Assembly: GCA_944377315.1 (NCBI GenBank)
Contig: CALWEM010000004.1
Coordinates: 2,977-66,976 of the forward strand
Length of the DNA: 64,000 nt
Source: an uncultured Clostridia bacterium
Lineage (GTDB): Bacteria > Bacillota > Clostridia > Christensenellales > UBA1242
Direction of reading: 5' to 3'
A program made the translations under genes and the position numbers. Positions 35,946 through 44,974 of this stretch are shown piece after piece (the first letter of the stretch is position 1; each line of letters begins with the position of its first letter). The notes below the pieces were generated by a model. The model saw only the letters and a program-made list of their open reading frames with translations. It ran no database searches and was not told the origin of the DNA.

Positions 35946-36704
35946 TTACAAATCTTTTTCGTCATATTCAAAATAGTCACCGTGCTGAATTTTTCGCACA
36001 CCTTTTTTCTCCACTTTTTGTTTTTTCATCTTTGTTGGTTTGATGAGAAAATATAATATGAAAACACTCGGAACGGCAATTGAGATGATTAATAATATTT
36101 TTGTGCCGGTTGACAGCGCAGAAAACTCTTCACCATTTGTTGTGGCGGTGAAAACTTCTTCGCTTATCTCTTCAAACATTTCTGTGTTCAAGCTTAAATC
36201 GGGCTTGTTCTCCACAACGCCGGCGTAAATATAGCCTTTCAGCGTCTGCTCATTAATTTTCGTGGAGCAATAAAACCACTCATCAGTTAGTTCGCTCATT
36301 GCTTCGCCAACTATTGTGCCATAATAATCAAAACTTTGATTTTCACTGAAACTTTCAAGAATACTGGAACTGCTGTTTGGTTTTTCATATAGGTCAAAAG
36401 TCGCATAATTGACAAAATTGCCGTCAAAAAATGGCGTGTTTGGATTTCCGTCCATCAAAGTCACATCTTCTTTTTTGACATAGCCTTCAAGGTCTTTGTA
36501 ATTGACTTTATAGAACTCATCTTCCACATCAAAAACCTGGACAAAATATGAATATGGCAACAGGAAGAGTTGAGTTTTTTGTTCGTCATAAAAATAGACG
36601 CTTTCACTTTTAATTTTCCCATAATATAAACTTTCTGCCTTGGCAGTTTGTGGGAAATTTGAAATCAGGATTAATCCAACCATAATCAAAATCATCTTTT
36701 TCAT
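35946..36704 (-). CDS. Secreted/membrane-anchored protein with SH3b-like repeats
   Basis: Signal peptide (..PQTAKA), two Y.V........GYV.K.DV-type SH3b-like segments, a C-terminal TM and a basic tail. Confidence 0.5.
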   Translation of the reverse strand: MKKMILIMVGLILISNFPQTAKAESLYYGKIKSESVYFYDEQKTQLFLLPYSYFVQVFDVEDEFYKVNYKDLEGYVKKEDVTLMDGNPNTPFFDGNFVNYATFDLYEKPNSSSSILESFSENQSFDYYGTIVGEAMSELTDEWFYCSTKINEQTLKGYIYAGVVENKPDLSLNTEMFEEISEEVFTATTNGEEFSALSTGTKILLIISIAVPSVFILYFLIKPTKMKKQKVEKKGVRKIQHGDYFEYDEKDL

Positions 36705-36799
36705 AGCTTAATTTTAAATTGTTGGCTTTCTTTTTTCATAAAAGAATATTGTCATATAATTTCCTTATTTATACTTTTTTGTTTTTTAGGAGTTTTCAA

Positions 36800-38215
36800 A
36801 TGAAAGATATCATTTTAAAGGTAAAAGAAATCGAAAATATGCTTGAAGAAAGAAAAAATTTGCCGATTTTTTTGTATAATAAAGGCAAAATCGTTCACAA
36901 AAAACAACTTTTGTTTCATATGTGTCAAAAAAGAAATCGCTGGGTTTTTGGCGGTAATCGTTCAGGAAAAACAGAGTGCGGAGCAGTGGAAGTTGTCTTT
37001 CTTGCTCTCGGTGTTCATCCACACAAGAAAAACAAATTGACTGAAGGCTGGGTGGTTTCTCTTTCAACGCGTGTTCAGCGTGATGTTGCACAAAAAAAGA
37101 TTTTGCATTATCTTCCTGAATACGCCATTGAAAAGGTGGTGATGCTCTCTGGTGGGCAAGGAAATTTGGAAAGTGGAGTTATTGATTTTATCTTGGTTAA
37201 AAGTGAACTTGGCGGGTTAAGTAAAATTGGTTTTCGAACTTGTGACCAAGGCAGAGAGAAATTTCAAGGTGCATCACTTGATTATGTTTGGTTTGATGAA
37301 GAACCGCCGTTTGATATCTATCAAGAGTGCCGTATGAGAGTTTTGGACAAGAAAGGAGAAATTTTTGGCACAATGACACCACTCAAAGGTTTGACTTGGG
37401 TTTATAACCAAATCTATCTTAATGAAAATAACGATGATGAAGTTTGGTGTGAAGAGATGGAGTGGGCAGATAATCCATATCTTGACAAGGAAGAAATTGA
37501 AAATATGACCAAAAATATGTCAAGTGATGAAATTGAGTCACGGCGATATGGCAAATTCCGCTCTTCCACTGGGCTTGTTTATCCAGAATTTGATGAAAGT
37601 GTCAATGTGATTGAGCCTTTTGATGTGCCAAAAGAATGGCAGGACACAATTTCCATTGACCCGGGGCTTCACAATCCGCTTTCTGCACATTTTTATTGTG
37701 TGGATTTTGATGACAATGTTTATGTGGTTGCCGAGCATTACGAAAAAGAGAGAGATGTTATGTATCACGCACAAAAAATCAAAGAGATTGCCGACAAACT
37801 TGACTGGAAGAGAAATAGTGCTGGCAAACTCACCGCACTTATTGACTCGGCAGCGAGTCAGCGAACTTTGGCAAGTGAAAAAAGTGTCGTGGAACTTTTT
37901 GCTGACAATGGGATTATTGTCAACACAAGAGTGAACAAAGATATGTTCAGTGGAATTGCCACAGTCAAATCATATTTGAAATCTGCTGACGGAAGAGTGC
38001 GACTTTTCATTTTCAAAAATTGTGTCAACTTGATTCGCGAGATAAAATCATATTGGTGGGGTGACGGCGATAATCCTGTCAAAAAGGATGACCACGCACT
38101 TGATGAGATGAGATATTATCTTATGACAAAACCAAAAAACACTTTTCAAACCAAAAAATCGTTTATTCAAAAGGACAAAGAAAGATTGGCAAAAAGATTA
38201 AAATATGGGAAATAA
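36800..38215 (+). CDS. Phage terminase large subunit (TerL; PBSX/XtmB-like), apparently intact
   Basis: Walker A GGNRSGKTECG and Walker B LDYVWFDEEP. RNase-H-like nuclease motifs ISIDPG, LIDSAA, DDHALDEMRY. Start at the ATG at 36800. Confidence 0.8.
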   Translation: MKDIILKVKEIENMLEERKNLPIFLYNKGKIVHKKQLLFHMCQKRNRWVFGGNRSGKTECGAVEVVFLALGVHPHKKNKLTEGWVVSLSTRVQRDVAQKKILHYLPEYAIEKVVMLSGGQGNLESGVIDFILVKSELGGLSKIGFRTCDQGREKFQGASLDYVWFDEEPPFDIYQECRMRVLDKKGEIFGTMTPLKGLTWVYNQIYLNENNDDEVWCEEMEWADNPYLDKEEIENMTKNMSSDEIESRRYGKFRSSTGLVYPEFDESVNVIEPFDVPKEWQDTISIDPGLHNPLSAHFYCVDFDDNVYVVAEHYEKERDVMYHAQKIKEIADKLDWKRNSAGKLTALIDSAASQRTLASEKSVVELFADNGIIVNTRVNKDMFSGIATVKSYLKSADGRVRLFIFKNCVNLIREIKSYWWGDGDNPVKKDDHALDEMRYYLMTKPKNTFQTKKSFIQKDKERLAKRLKYGK

Positions 38216-38296
38216 ATATTATTTTATAAATAATTTGTAAATCTATTTGGAAAAATAAGTATGATTGTGCTAAATTAATAAATAGAAGGAGAAAAT

Positions 38297-40738
38297 ATGA
38301 AAAAATCTTTTTCTTTTTTAAGTTTACTTCTTTGTCTTCCACTTGTTTTTTGTGGAATGATGTTTATATCAAATTTTTCCACTTTCTCTTCAAAAGCGGA
38401 AGGTGAAATAATATATCTTGCAAATGAAACAAACAACTTGAAGGGGACACAATCTTTCAGTCATTTTGTTGAAAATTATGACTCTTCATCGCAAAACGCT
38501 TCCATTGTTTTGGCGGAAGATATTGATTTGTCTGGTGTGGTTTTGACAAACACAATCGGAACAGAAAGTGTGCCGTTCTCTGGCACTTTTGATGGTAAAG
38601 GATATTCCATTTCCAATTTCACTTTTGCTGACAGTCTTGTTGATGAGAATGTTAAAATCAGCACAAACATTGGCATTTTTGGATACACATCAGGTGCAAC
38701 AATCAAAAATTTGCAAATTTCTGGAACCTATGGAATCACATTATACAACTCTTCATCAGTGAATATTGGTATGCTTGTGGGGTATGGCGTTGATACCACA
38801 ATTGACAAGGTGCTTATCAATGCAAATTTCAATCAACTTAATGTTCAAGCAAAAGACGGAAGTGCATCAAATTTCAAAAATATTAATTTTGGAGGTATTG
38901 CTGGCTTTCTTCAATCATCAAGCATTAAAAACACGATAATTCGCAATCAAGCAGAGAGATATCCATTGCCAGAAATAATCCTTAACAACAGCGTTTCAGT
39001 TGATATTGCCAAGATTGGTGGAATGGTTGGAAATTTGGACAATTCTTCAATTATTTTCTCGGTGGGACAAAGCAAAGTTGTTGTGAGCGTTGATGAAGTT
39101 TATTCTGGAAATGTGTATGTTGGTGGTGTGGCTGGATATATCAGCGGAGCAAACTCCAAACTTATTAATTTGGTGAGCGAAACCACTTTGAGTGTTGAAG
39201 GAAAAGCATATGCTGGCCGAATTGGGGGATATATATCTAATCCAGCACCAGCCAAAAACAATATTTCATATATCTATTATTTTGATGACGCACAAGCAAT
39301 TTCCACTTTTGGCGAAAAAGGGAATTATTCTTTGACAGACGCCGAAGCAAATCTTTCTTCTCAAACAAGAAAGATAACTTCATATGCGAATGATGAGGGA
39401 ATTGAAAACTATTTTAAAACCAAATTTTGGAATGTTGCCTATGGCGACCACTGGGACTTCACAAACACTTGGCGATATTCCGAGCAGAATATCAATCTTC
39501 AGCCATTTATCGATTCTTTCAATTTGACGGCGGAAGTTAACGATGTGCTTGAAATAACCACGGATTTTGTCAGCCCATATAAATATGAAGATGTCGCTTC
39601 ATTCACTTTCAAATTCAAAAATCAAGAAGCAGAAGGAGTTTCCGCAAATTATTATCATCTTTCAAACTTAACGCTTGCTGGAAACACTGTTGCCAATTTC
39701 AAGTATGACGAAGAAAATGATGTCTATTCTCTTGTCGCTGTCAAAGGGTATGAAAGAATTTCAATGGCAGAACCAGAAGTTAAAAGTGACGGCACATACT
39801 ACACAATCACCATCGAAGGAGTGACCAGCAATTATCGCGGTCACTATGCTGTCAATATCAAACCAGAAACCTTTGTTGGAGTTTTCAATTATCGCTTATA
39901 TAACGAGAAGAACGAAGTTGTCAATGAAAGTATTTTGTCCGAGTGCTATGTTTATCACACGGATGGGCAAAACAAGAATTCAAGATATGTCATCATTGAT
40001 GATTTGACTTTTGATTACACTTGCTCAATCTCCACCACTTCCAATTCAACTTCGCTGTATGCTTTCCGTGGTTGGTATCTTGTGGGTGCTGGTGAAAATG
40101 GAGAAGATTTGTTGCTTTCAGAAGACAATCTCAATCCTTCTCGTGAGATTACCATAAAGTTTGGGCACGGAAATTTCACGGAAAATTTTGAAGTGTATGC
40201 CAAATATGTTTCCGATGCTTGCAATTTGACTTTTGAAATTATGGACGATGGTGTCAGCCATATCATTTTGGGGAATGACCAATATAATATTCAAGAAACG
40301 CAAACCATTCCAATTTTCAAACAACTGACGGAATTGAGAATGGAAGTCTATATCAAACCAAACTACACATTTGATGTTGAAAGATTTATGGATGTTTTAA
40401 ACACATACAAAATCCAAGATGACGGCGTTGATTTCTGCACTTTGGTGGGTGATGGTGGTCAGATTTTGGAAGATGGCACAATTCGTTACCAATTCTATCT
40501 TAATTTGGCAAATCTAAATGACGCTGACTTTGAAGATGGCTTTCCAATGACCTTCACAACTGTCTTTGAAGGTGGCGGAAATAATAATCTTGTTTGGATT
40601 ATTGTTGGCTCTGTTTTGGGTGGTTTGTTGCTCATCGGACTTGTCATTCTCATTGTGTTTTTGGTAAGACGCCGTGGCGGTGGAAGCGGTGGTGGCGGAA
40701 AAATCCGTTCGTCATTCAAAAAAGGTGCATATTATTAA
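38297..40738 (+). CDS. Large surface protein with GLUG-motif repeats, signal peptide, C-terminal TM anchor and Gly-rich tail
   Basis: Repeated GGIAG/GGMVG/GGVAGY/IGGYIS segments (GLUG-like). N-terminal signal peptide. ...LVWIIVGSVLGGLLLIGLVILIVFLVRRRGGGSGGGG at the C-terminus. Confidence 0.6.
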   Translation: MKKSFSFLSLLLCLPLVFCGMMFISNFSTFSSKAEGEIIYLANETNNLKGTQSFSHFVENYDSSSQNASIVLAEDIDLSGVVLTNTIGTESVPFSGTFDGKGYSISNFTFADSLVDENVKISTNIGIFGYTSGATIKNLQISGTYGITLYNSSSVNIGMLVGYGVDTTIDKVLINANFNQLNVQAKDGSASNFKNINFGGIAGFLQSSSIKNTIIRNQAERYPLPEIILNNSVSVDIAKIGGMVGNLDNSSIIFSVGQSKVVVSVDEVYSGNVYVGGVAGYISGANSKLINLVSETTLSVEGKAYAGRIGGYISNPAPAKNNISYIYYFDDAQAISTFGEKGNYSLTDAEANLSSQTRKITSYANDEGIENYFKTKFWNVAYGDHWDFTNTWRYSEQNINLQPFIDSFNLTAEVNDVLEITTDFVSPYKYEDVASFTFKFKNQEAEGVSANYYHLSNLTLAGNTVANFKYDEENDVYSLVAVKGYERISMAEPEVKSDGTYYTITIEGVTSNYRGHYAVNIKPETFVGVFNYRLYNEKNEVVNESILSECYVYHTDGQNKNSRYVIIDDLTFDYTCSISTTSNSTSLYAFRGWYLVGAGENGEDLLLSEDNLNPSREITIKFGHGNFTENFEVYAKYVSDACNLTFEIMDDGVSHIILGNDQYNIQETQTIPIFKQLTELRMEVYIKPNYTFDVERFMDVLNTYKIQDDGVDFCTLVGDGGQILEDGTIRYQFYLNLANLNDADFEDGFPMTFTTVFEGGGNNNLVWIIVGSVLGGLLLIGLVILIVFLVRRRGGGSGGGGKIRSSFKKGAYY

Positions 40739-40746
40739 TAAAACAT

Positions 40747-40779
40747 AAGGGTTTTCAAAATTTTGGAAGCCCTTTTTCT
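40747..40779 (+). terminator. Terminator after the surface protein gene
   Basis: aagggttttc/ggaagccctt stem + ttttt. Confidence 0.6.
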
Positions 40780-40820
40780 TTTGTTTGTTGATGATTCTTG
40801 CGTTTTTCTTTTTGAAATAT

Positions 40821-40849
40821 TTGACAAATCATATAAATATAGATATAAT
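40821..40849 (+). promoter_or_regulatory. Consensus sigma-A promoter upstream of tRNA-Thr
   Basis: TTGACA, 17-nt spacer, TATAAT (both hexamers perfect). Confidence 0.7.
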
Positions 40850-40925
40850 GTTTATTGGTGTTAAGTTTTGAAAAAAATGCTTGAGTTTTTTATGATACCA
40901 AAGAAGTTTTTCAATAAAATATTTT

Positions 40926-41001
40926 GCTAACGTGGCTCAGTCGGTAGAGCAACTGATTCGTAATCGGTAGGTCGCGGGTTCGATTCCCGCCGTTAGCTCC
41001 A
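40926..41001 (+). tRNA. tRNA-Thr (anticodon CGU), CCA encoded
   Basis: Acceptor gctaacg/cgttagc, D-arm gctc-agtcggt-agagc, anticodon arm actga-TTCGTAA-tcggt, T-arm gcggg-ttcgatt-cccgc. Confidence 0.95.
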
Positions 41002-41062
41002 AAAAGCTTGCAAAAAGTGGCAAGTTTTTTTTATTACAGAAAGCGACCTACCGATTACGAAT
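40971..41062 (+). repeat. Direct repeat copy 1 (92 nt): tRNA-Thr T-arm/acceptor/CCA + terminator hairpin + 20-nt segment antisense to the tRNA
   Basis: Its right end, gcgacctaccgattacgaat (41043..41062), is the exact reverse complement of tRNA positions 40956..40975. The hairpin cttgc/gcaag + T-tract lies in between. Confidence 0.9.
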
Positions 41063-41190
41063 GTTATAATAACTTTTAAATGAAGAACTTCCGAAAATGA
41101 CTTGTCATTTTTGGAAAAAGGAACGCGTTTTCGCAAGATGAAAATTCAAACGAAGAGCGAATTGAAATCGGAAGAAAACAAAGTGACGCC

Positions 41191-41281
41191 GTCGCGGGTT
41201 CGATTCCCGCCGTTAGCTCCAAAAAGCTTGCAAATTTTGGCAAGTTTTTTTATTATATAAAGCGACCTACCGATTACGAAT
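41191..41281 (+). repeat. Direct repeat copy 2 (91 nt): orphan tRNA-Thr 3' fragment + terminator hairpin + the same 20-nt antisense segment
   Basis: The 31-nt tRNA part is identical to copy 1. Period is 220 nt. Confidence 0.9.
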
Positions 41282-41370
41282 CTCGAAAATAAAAAGAATT
41301 TTATTTTGACATATTAGCTATTTATGAAAATTTTTATTTCAAAAACACTTGGGCGTAATTTTGAAAAAAG

Positions 41371-41395
41371 ATAGTTAAAAAATTTTAATATTTTT
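41371..41395. repeat. Dispersed A/T motif, copy 3 (ATAGTTAAAAAATTTTAATATTTTT)
   Basis: Near-identical to 16201 and 16299. Confidence 0.6.
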
Positions 41396-41483
41396 CCAAT
41401 TTTGTTTGGAATATTTTTCTTGTTGTGATAAACTTATTAATGAAATTATTTTCAAAGAAGGAAATCAATTTTTTGGAGGGGTT

Positions 41484-43028
41484 ATGATTGTTGCAGTGAC
41501 TGGTATTACTGGAAATATGGGACAGGCGACACTTAATGAAATTGTTAAGTTGAACGAAATCGACAAATTTAAGTTTTTGGTTTTGGAAGACGACAAAAGA
41601 ATCAAAAAACTTTTGAAAAAGCACAAGGATTCCAAGGCAAAGTTTGAAATTATATATGGCAATTTGAAAGACTTTGAAACTTGTCAAAAATTGGTTCAAG
41701 ATTGTGACTATGTTGTCAATCTTGCAGCGGTGATTCCGCCACATTCAGACAAATTTCCATTGAAAGCGATTGAATGCAATGAAAAAGGCGTCAAAAATCT
41801 CATAAAAGCAATTGAAGGGTTGAAAAAACAGCCAAAATATATACATATTTCCACTGTGGCACTCTATGGCAACAGGAATTTCAAGCATCCTTGGGGGAGA
41901 GTTGGAGACCCGCTTCTTGTCAGTCCGTTTGATATTTATTCTGCCACAAAACTTCGCGGTGAATTTGCAGTTTTGGAAAGTGATATCAAAAACTGGGCGG
42001 TTATTCGTCAAACTGCAATGCTTCACAACAATATGCTTGCAGATAACCTTAATGACGGACTTATGTTTCACACCGCTTTCAACTCACCGCTTGAATGGGC
42101 AACAGCGGAAGACAGTGGACTTTTGATTGCTAACATTTTGAAAAGTGACATCAAAAAAGATTTGGGTGACAAATTTTGGAAAAAGGTCTTCAATTTGGGC
42201 GGTGGAGCAATCAATTGTTTGACAGGATATGACACTTTGAACGATGGTTTCAAACTTATTGGCGGAAGTGCCAAAGATTTCTTCAAGCCAAACTATAACG
42301 CCACCAGAAACTTTCACGGAATGTGGTTTTCTGACGGAAAAGTTTTGGACGAAATGTTCCACTATCAAAGACAGACAGTTGAAGAATTTTGGCAAAAGAT
42401 TTTGAAAAATCATTCATATTACAAAATGGGAAAAATTGTGCCAAAATCTTTGATTTCCACCTTTGCCATTAAGCGACTTTTCAAAGATGACAACTCACCA
42501 AAATATTGGCTTAAACATAATGACGAAGCCAAAATGCTTGCTTATTTTGGTGGCAAGGAAAAATATGATGAAATTGGTGAAGATTGGTCAAAGTTTCCGC
42601 TTTTGGTGGAAAATCGATGTGATGACGGCAAAATTGATTACGAAAAATTGCGAAATGTCAAAAACGCAGTTTTAATCGATTATCATATTGATATCAACAA
42701 AGAGAAATATTCGCTTGCCGATTTGCAAAATTATGCCAAAGAGCACGGCGGAAAACTTTTGTCAAAAGAATTTTCTGGCGACTTATATCAAAAACTTGAT
42801 TGGGAAACACAAGATGGTGAAAAATTTTCTGCCACTCCTTTCACTGTCATCAAAGCAGGTCATTGGTTTAATCTAATATACAAAGAAAATGTGTGGGATT
42901 TTGACCGACTTGCCAAAAAAGACAAGGTGTTTGGTGAAATTTGGTATGACTCGCACGATGAGAATGAAAACAACAAGTATTTTTACGATGAAGAGTTTAA
43001 TGCTCATTATTTAAAAATTAAAGATTAG
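41484..43028 (+). CDS. NAD(P)-dependent epimerase/dehydratase-family (SDR) protein with an extra ~200-aa C-terminal domain
   Basis: N-terminal VTGITGNMG Rossmann motif and YSATK (YxxxK). Start at the ATG after the GGAGGGG RBS. Confidence 0.6.
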   Translation: MIVAVTGITGNMGQATLNEIVKLNEIDKFKFLVLEDDKRIKKLLKKHKDSKAKFEIIYGNLKDFETCQKLVQDCDYVVNLAAVIPPHSDKFPLKAIECNEKGVKNLIKAIEGLKKQPKYIHISTVALYGNRNFKHPWGRVGDPLLVSPFDIYSATKLRGEFAVLESDIKNWAVIRQTAMLHNNMLADNLNDGLMFHTAFNSPLEWATAEDSGLLIANILKSDIKKDLGDKFWKKVFNLGGGAINCLTGYDTLNDGFKLIGGSAKDFFKPNYNATRNFHGMWFSDGKVLDEMFHYQRQTVEEFWQKILKNHSYYKMGKIVPKSLISTFAIKRLFKDDNSPKYWLKHNDEAKMLAYFGGKEKYDEIGEDWSKFPLLVENRCDDGKIDYEKLRNVKNAVLIDYHIDINKEKYSLADLQNYAKEHGGKLLSKEFSGDLYQKLDWETQDGEKFSATPFTVIKAGHWFNLIYKENVWDFDRLAKKDKVFGEIWYDSHDENENNKYFYDEEFNAHYLKIKD

Positions 43029-43036
43029 GGAATGAA

Positions 43037-43951
43037 ATGAAAATTTTGATTTGTTATTTTTCGGGAACTGGGAACACAAAAAAGGTGGTGGACAAATACG
43101 CTCAATCTTTCAAGGAAAAAGGTTGTTTGGTGGACACCTTTCGTGTGGAAAATCCTGATTTTACATATAATGTTGAAGATTATGATATGGTTGGTTTTGG
43201 TTATCCAGTCCACGCTTTTAACGCACCAGCCATCATTTTGAATTTTGCAAAACGCTTGCCAAAACTCGCCAAAACAATGCCATTGTTTATTGTCAAAACA
43301 TCTGGCGAGCCTTTGAAACTCAACAATATCTCTTCCATTAAACTTGTGGAAATTTTGAAGAAGAAAAATTTTGTTTTGAAGAATGAATATCACTATTGTA
43401 TGCCATACAACATAATTTTCAGACACACTGACTCAATGGCTTACAAAATGTGGGAAACTGCCAAAAAACTTGTTCCAATTGACTGTCAAGAGATTTTGGA
43501 TGGCAAGGAAAGCAAACTTGAAAAGGTTTTTATGGGAAAGCCACTTGCATACCTTTTCCGCGTGGAACATTGGGGTGGAAGGTTTAATGGAAAAAGATAT
43601 AAGGTGAGAGATAATTGCGTGCATTGCAATGCGTGTGTGAAGATTTGTCCAACTCACAACATAAAATATGAAAATGGTGAATTTCATTTTGGTAAAAATT
43701 GCATAATGTGTATGCGATGTGCCTTCCTTTGTCAGCAGAATGCCATCAAAATTGGTTTGTTTGAAAAATGGAAAGTTAATGGTCCATACAATTTCCAAAA
43801 GCCAGAAAAAGAAGAAGTTGACAACCACAAAAAATATTGCAAAAAGTCCTATCAAAAATATTTCGAAAAAGCGGAAAAGAAGATTCGTGAAAATGAAAAA
43901 ATGGAGTCAAATGAAACTCCAAATGAAAAAATTGACAGCAAAATTGAGTAA
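43037..43951 (+). CDS. EFR1-type ferredoxin: flavodoxin-like domain + 2x[4Fe-4S] domain
   Basis: MKILICYFSGTGNTKKV flavodoxin start. CVHCNACVKICP and CIMCMRCAFLC cluster motifs. Confidence 0.7.
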   Translation: MKILICYFSGTGNTKKVVDKYAQSFKEKGCLVDTFRVENPDFTYNVEDYDMVGFGYPVHAFNAPAIILNFAKRLPKLAKTMPLFIVKTSGEPLKLNNISSIKLVEILKKKNFVLKNEYHYCMPYNIIFRHTDSMAYKMWETAKKLVPIDCQEILDGKESKLEKVFMGKPLAYLFRVEHWGGRFNGKRYKVRDNCVHCNACVKICPTHNIKYENGEFHFGKNCIMCMRCAFLCQQNAIKIGLFEKWKVNGPYNFQKPEKEEVDNHKKYCKKSYQKYFEKAEKKIRENEKMESNETPNEKIDSKIE

Positions 43952-44052
43952 ATTGTGACAAGAAAGTCGCAAATTAGAGAAAAACCGCGAATTTTTATGA
44001 TATTTTATGTATTTTAGTTGTAAAAAAAGTTAAAATTTGTTAAAATATAAAT

Positions 44053-44820
44053 ATGAGAGATTTTAGAGATATAAGTTTATTCAAAAAAATTATGTTTTTA
44101 ATATTTTCTGTCTTGGTTTTGGCAGGAATTATTATCGTTGTCGCTGATGTGAAATTTGATGTCAGTGATGAAGTGTCAAAATGGCTTAACCTTGATATGA
44201 TTGGATATGTCACAATTTGCCTGTCACTTCTTATGAGTTTGATTTTTGTTAGACTCAACAAAAAAAGCATTCTTTTGACTTTGTCTTTGATTGCAATTGT
44301 TATTGGTTATTCATTTTATATGTTCACACCTTTTGAAGGGGCAAAAAACAATGAAGCAATTTTGTATTGTCTTTGTGCGTTTCAAGGTGTCATTTTGATA
44401 TACACAATTTCACTCGACAGGGGAACAGGTTTGAAAGTGCTGGATATCGCTATTCGTGTGGCTTTGAGTTTGCTTGCTTTCTTTTTGCTTCCAGAATACT
44501 TGCCAGAATACTTTAACACAACAAACACGATTTTCACCATATATCTCATCAACAGTTTGGTTTCGCTCTTCACTTTGCTTTTCTATTTCAAAAAGAATTA
44601 TCTTCTTTGGTGCGGGCTGTTCTTGATTTTGGCAGGTTCAATTTTCTATATGTTTATGTTTGGCGGTCTTGAACTTTTCAATCTTTCCGCTTCTTCACTT
44701 GCCGATTTCTTGAATTCGTTTGATATTGCCTTCCTTTTGACCTCGCTTGGCTGTTTCTTGGTTTCAACTTCGGCAACTTTTTCAAGCAATATGCTCACAA
44801 AGCCAGACCAAAATATGTGA
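44053..44820 (+). CDS. Hypothetical polytopic membrane protein
   Basis: About 8 hydrophobic segments. No family recognised. Confidence 0.5.
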   Translation: MRDFRDISLFKKIMFLIFSVLVLAGIIIVVADVKFDVSDEVSKWLNLDMIGYVTICLSLLMSLIFVRLNKKSILLTLSLIAIVIGYSFYMFTPFEGAKNNEAILYCLCAFQGVILIYTISLDRGTGLKVLDIAIRVALSLLAFFLLPEYLPEYFNTTNTIFTIYLINSLVSLFTLLFYFKKNYLLWCGLFLILAGSIFYMFMFGGLELFNLSASSLADFLNSFDIAFLLTSLGCFLVSTSATFSSNMLTKPDQNM

Positions 44821-44974
44821 TGAAAAGATGACTTTTTTGAAAAAATAAAATCAAAGACAGCCGGTTGGCTGTTTTTTGTTATTCTTTGTTGACAAATGAA
44901 AGTGTGTTTTGATAAAATAATAAAGATGAAAATTGCAAAATATTTTGCGTTTTGTTAACTTTTGGAGGCAAAAA

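Noticed and set aside
36719-36799. N-terminal extensions proposed by the ORF track. Starts: 36719 (TerL), 9665 (ytfJ), 15046, 32804 (rarA), 35397, 41406, 44933 (leuS), 48236, 61151 (rnj).
   Set aside because: The extensions are hydrophobic or odd AT-rich translations running through promoters, repeats or upstream genes. In each case an internal ATG is preceded by a good GGAGG-type RBS and begins the conserved family N-terminus.
41138-41260. 40-codon ORF (MKIQTKSELKSEENKVTPSRVRFPPLAPKS...) in the tRNA-Thr spacer, and shorter 6- and 14-codon ORFs.
   Set aside because: There is no RBS at a suitable distance. The ORF reads through the orphan tRNA fragment and the terminator hairpin, so it is most likely fortuitous.
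44821-44974. Expected T-box leader upstream of leuS.
   Set aside because: The region holds only the upstream gene's terminator, a TTGACA/ATAAAAT-type promoter and an RBS. There is no specifier loop, T-box sequence or antiterminator structure.
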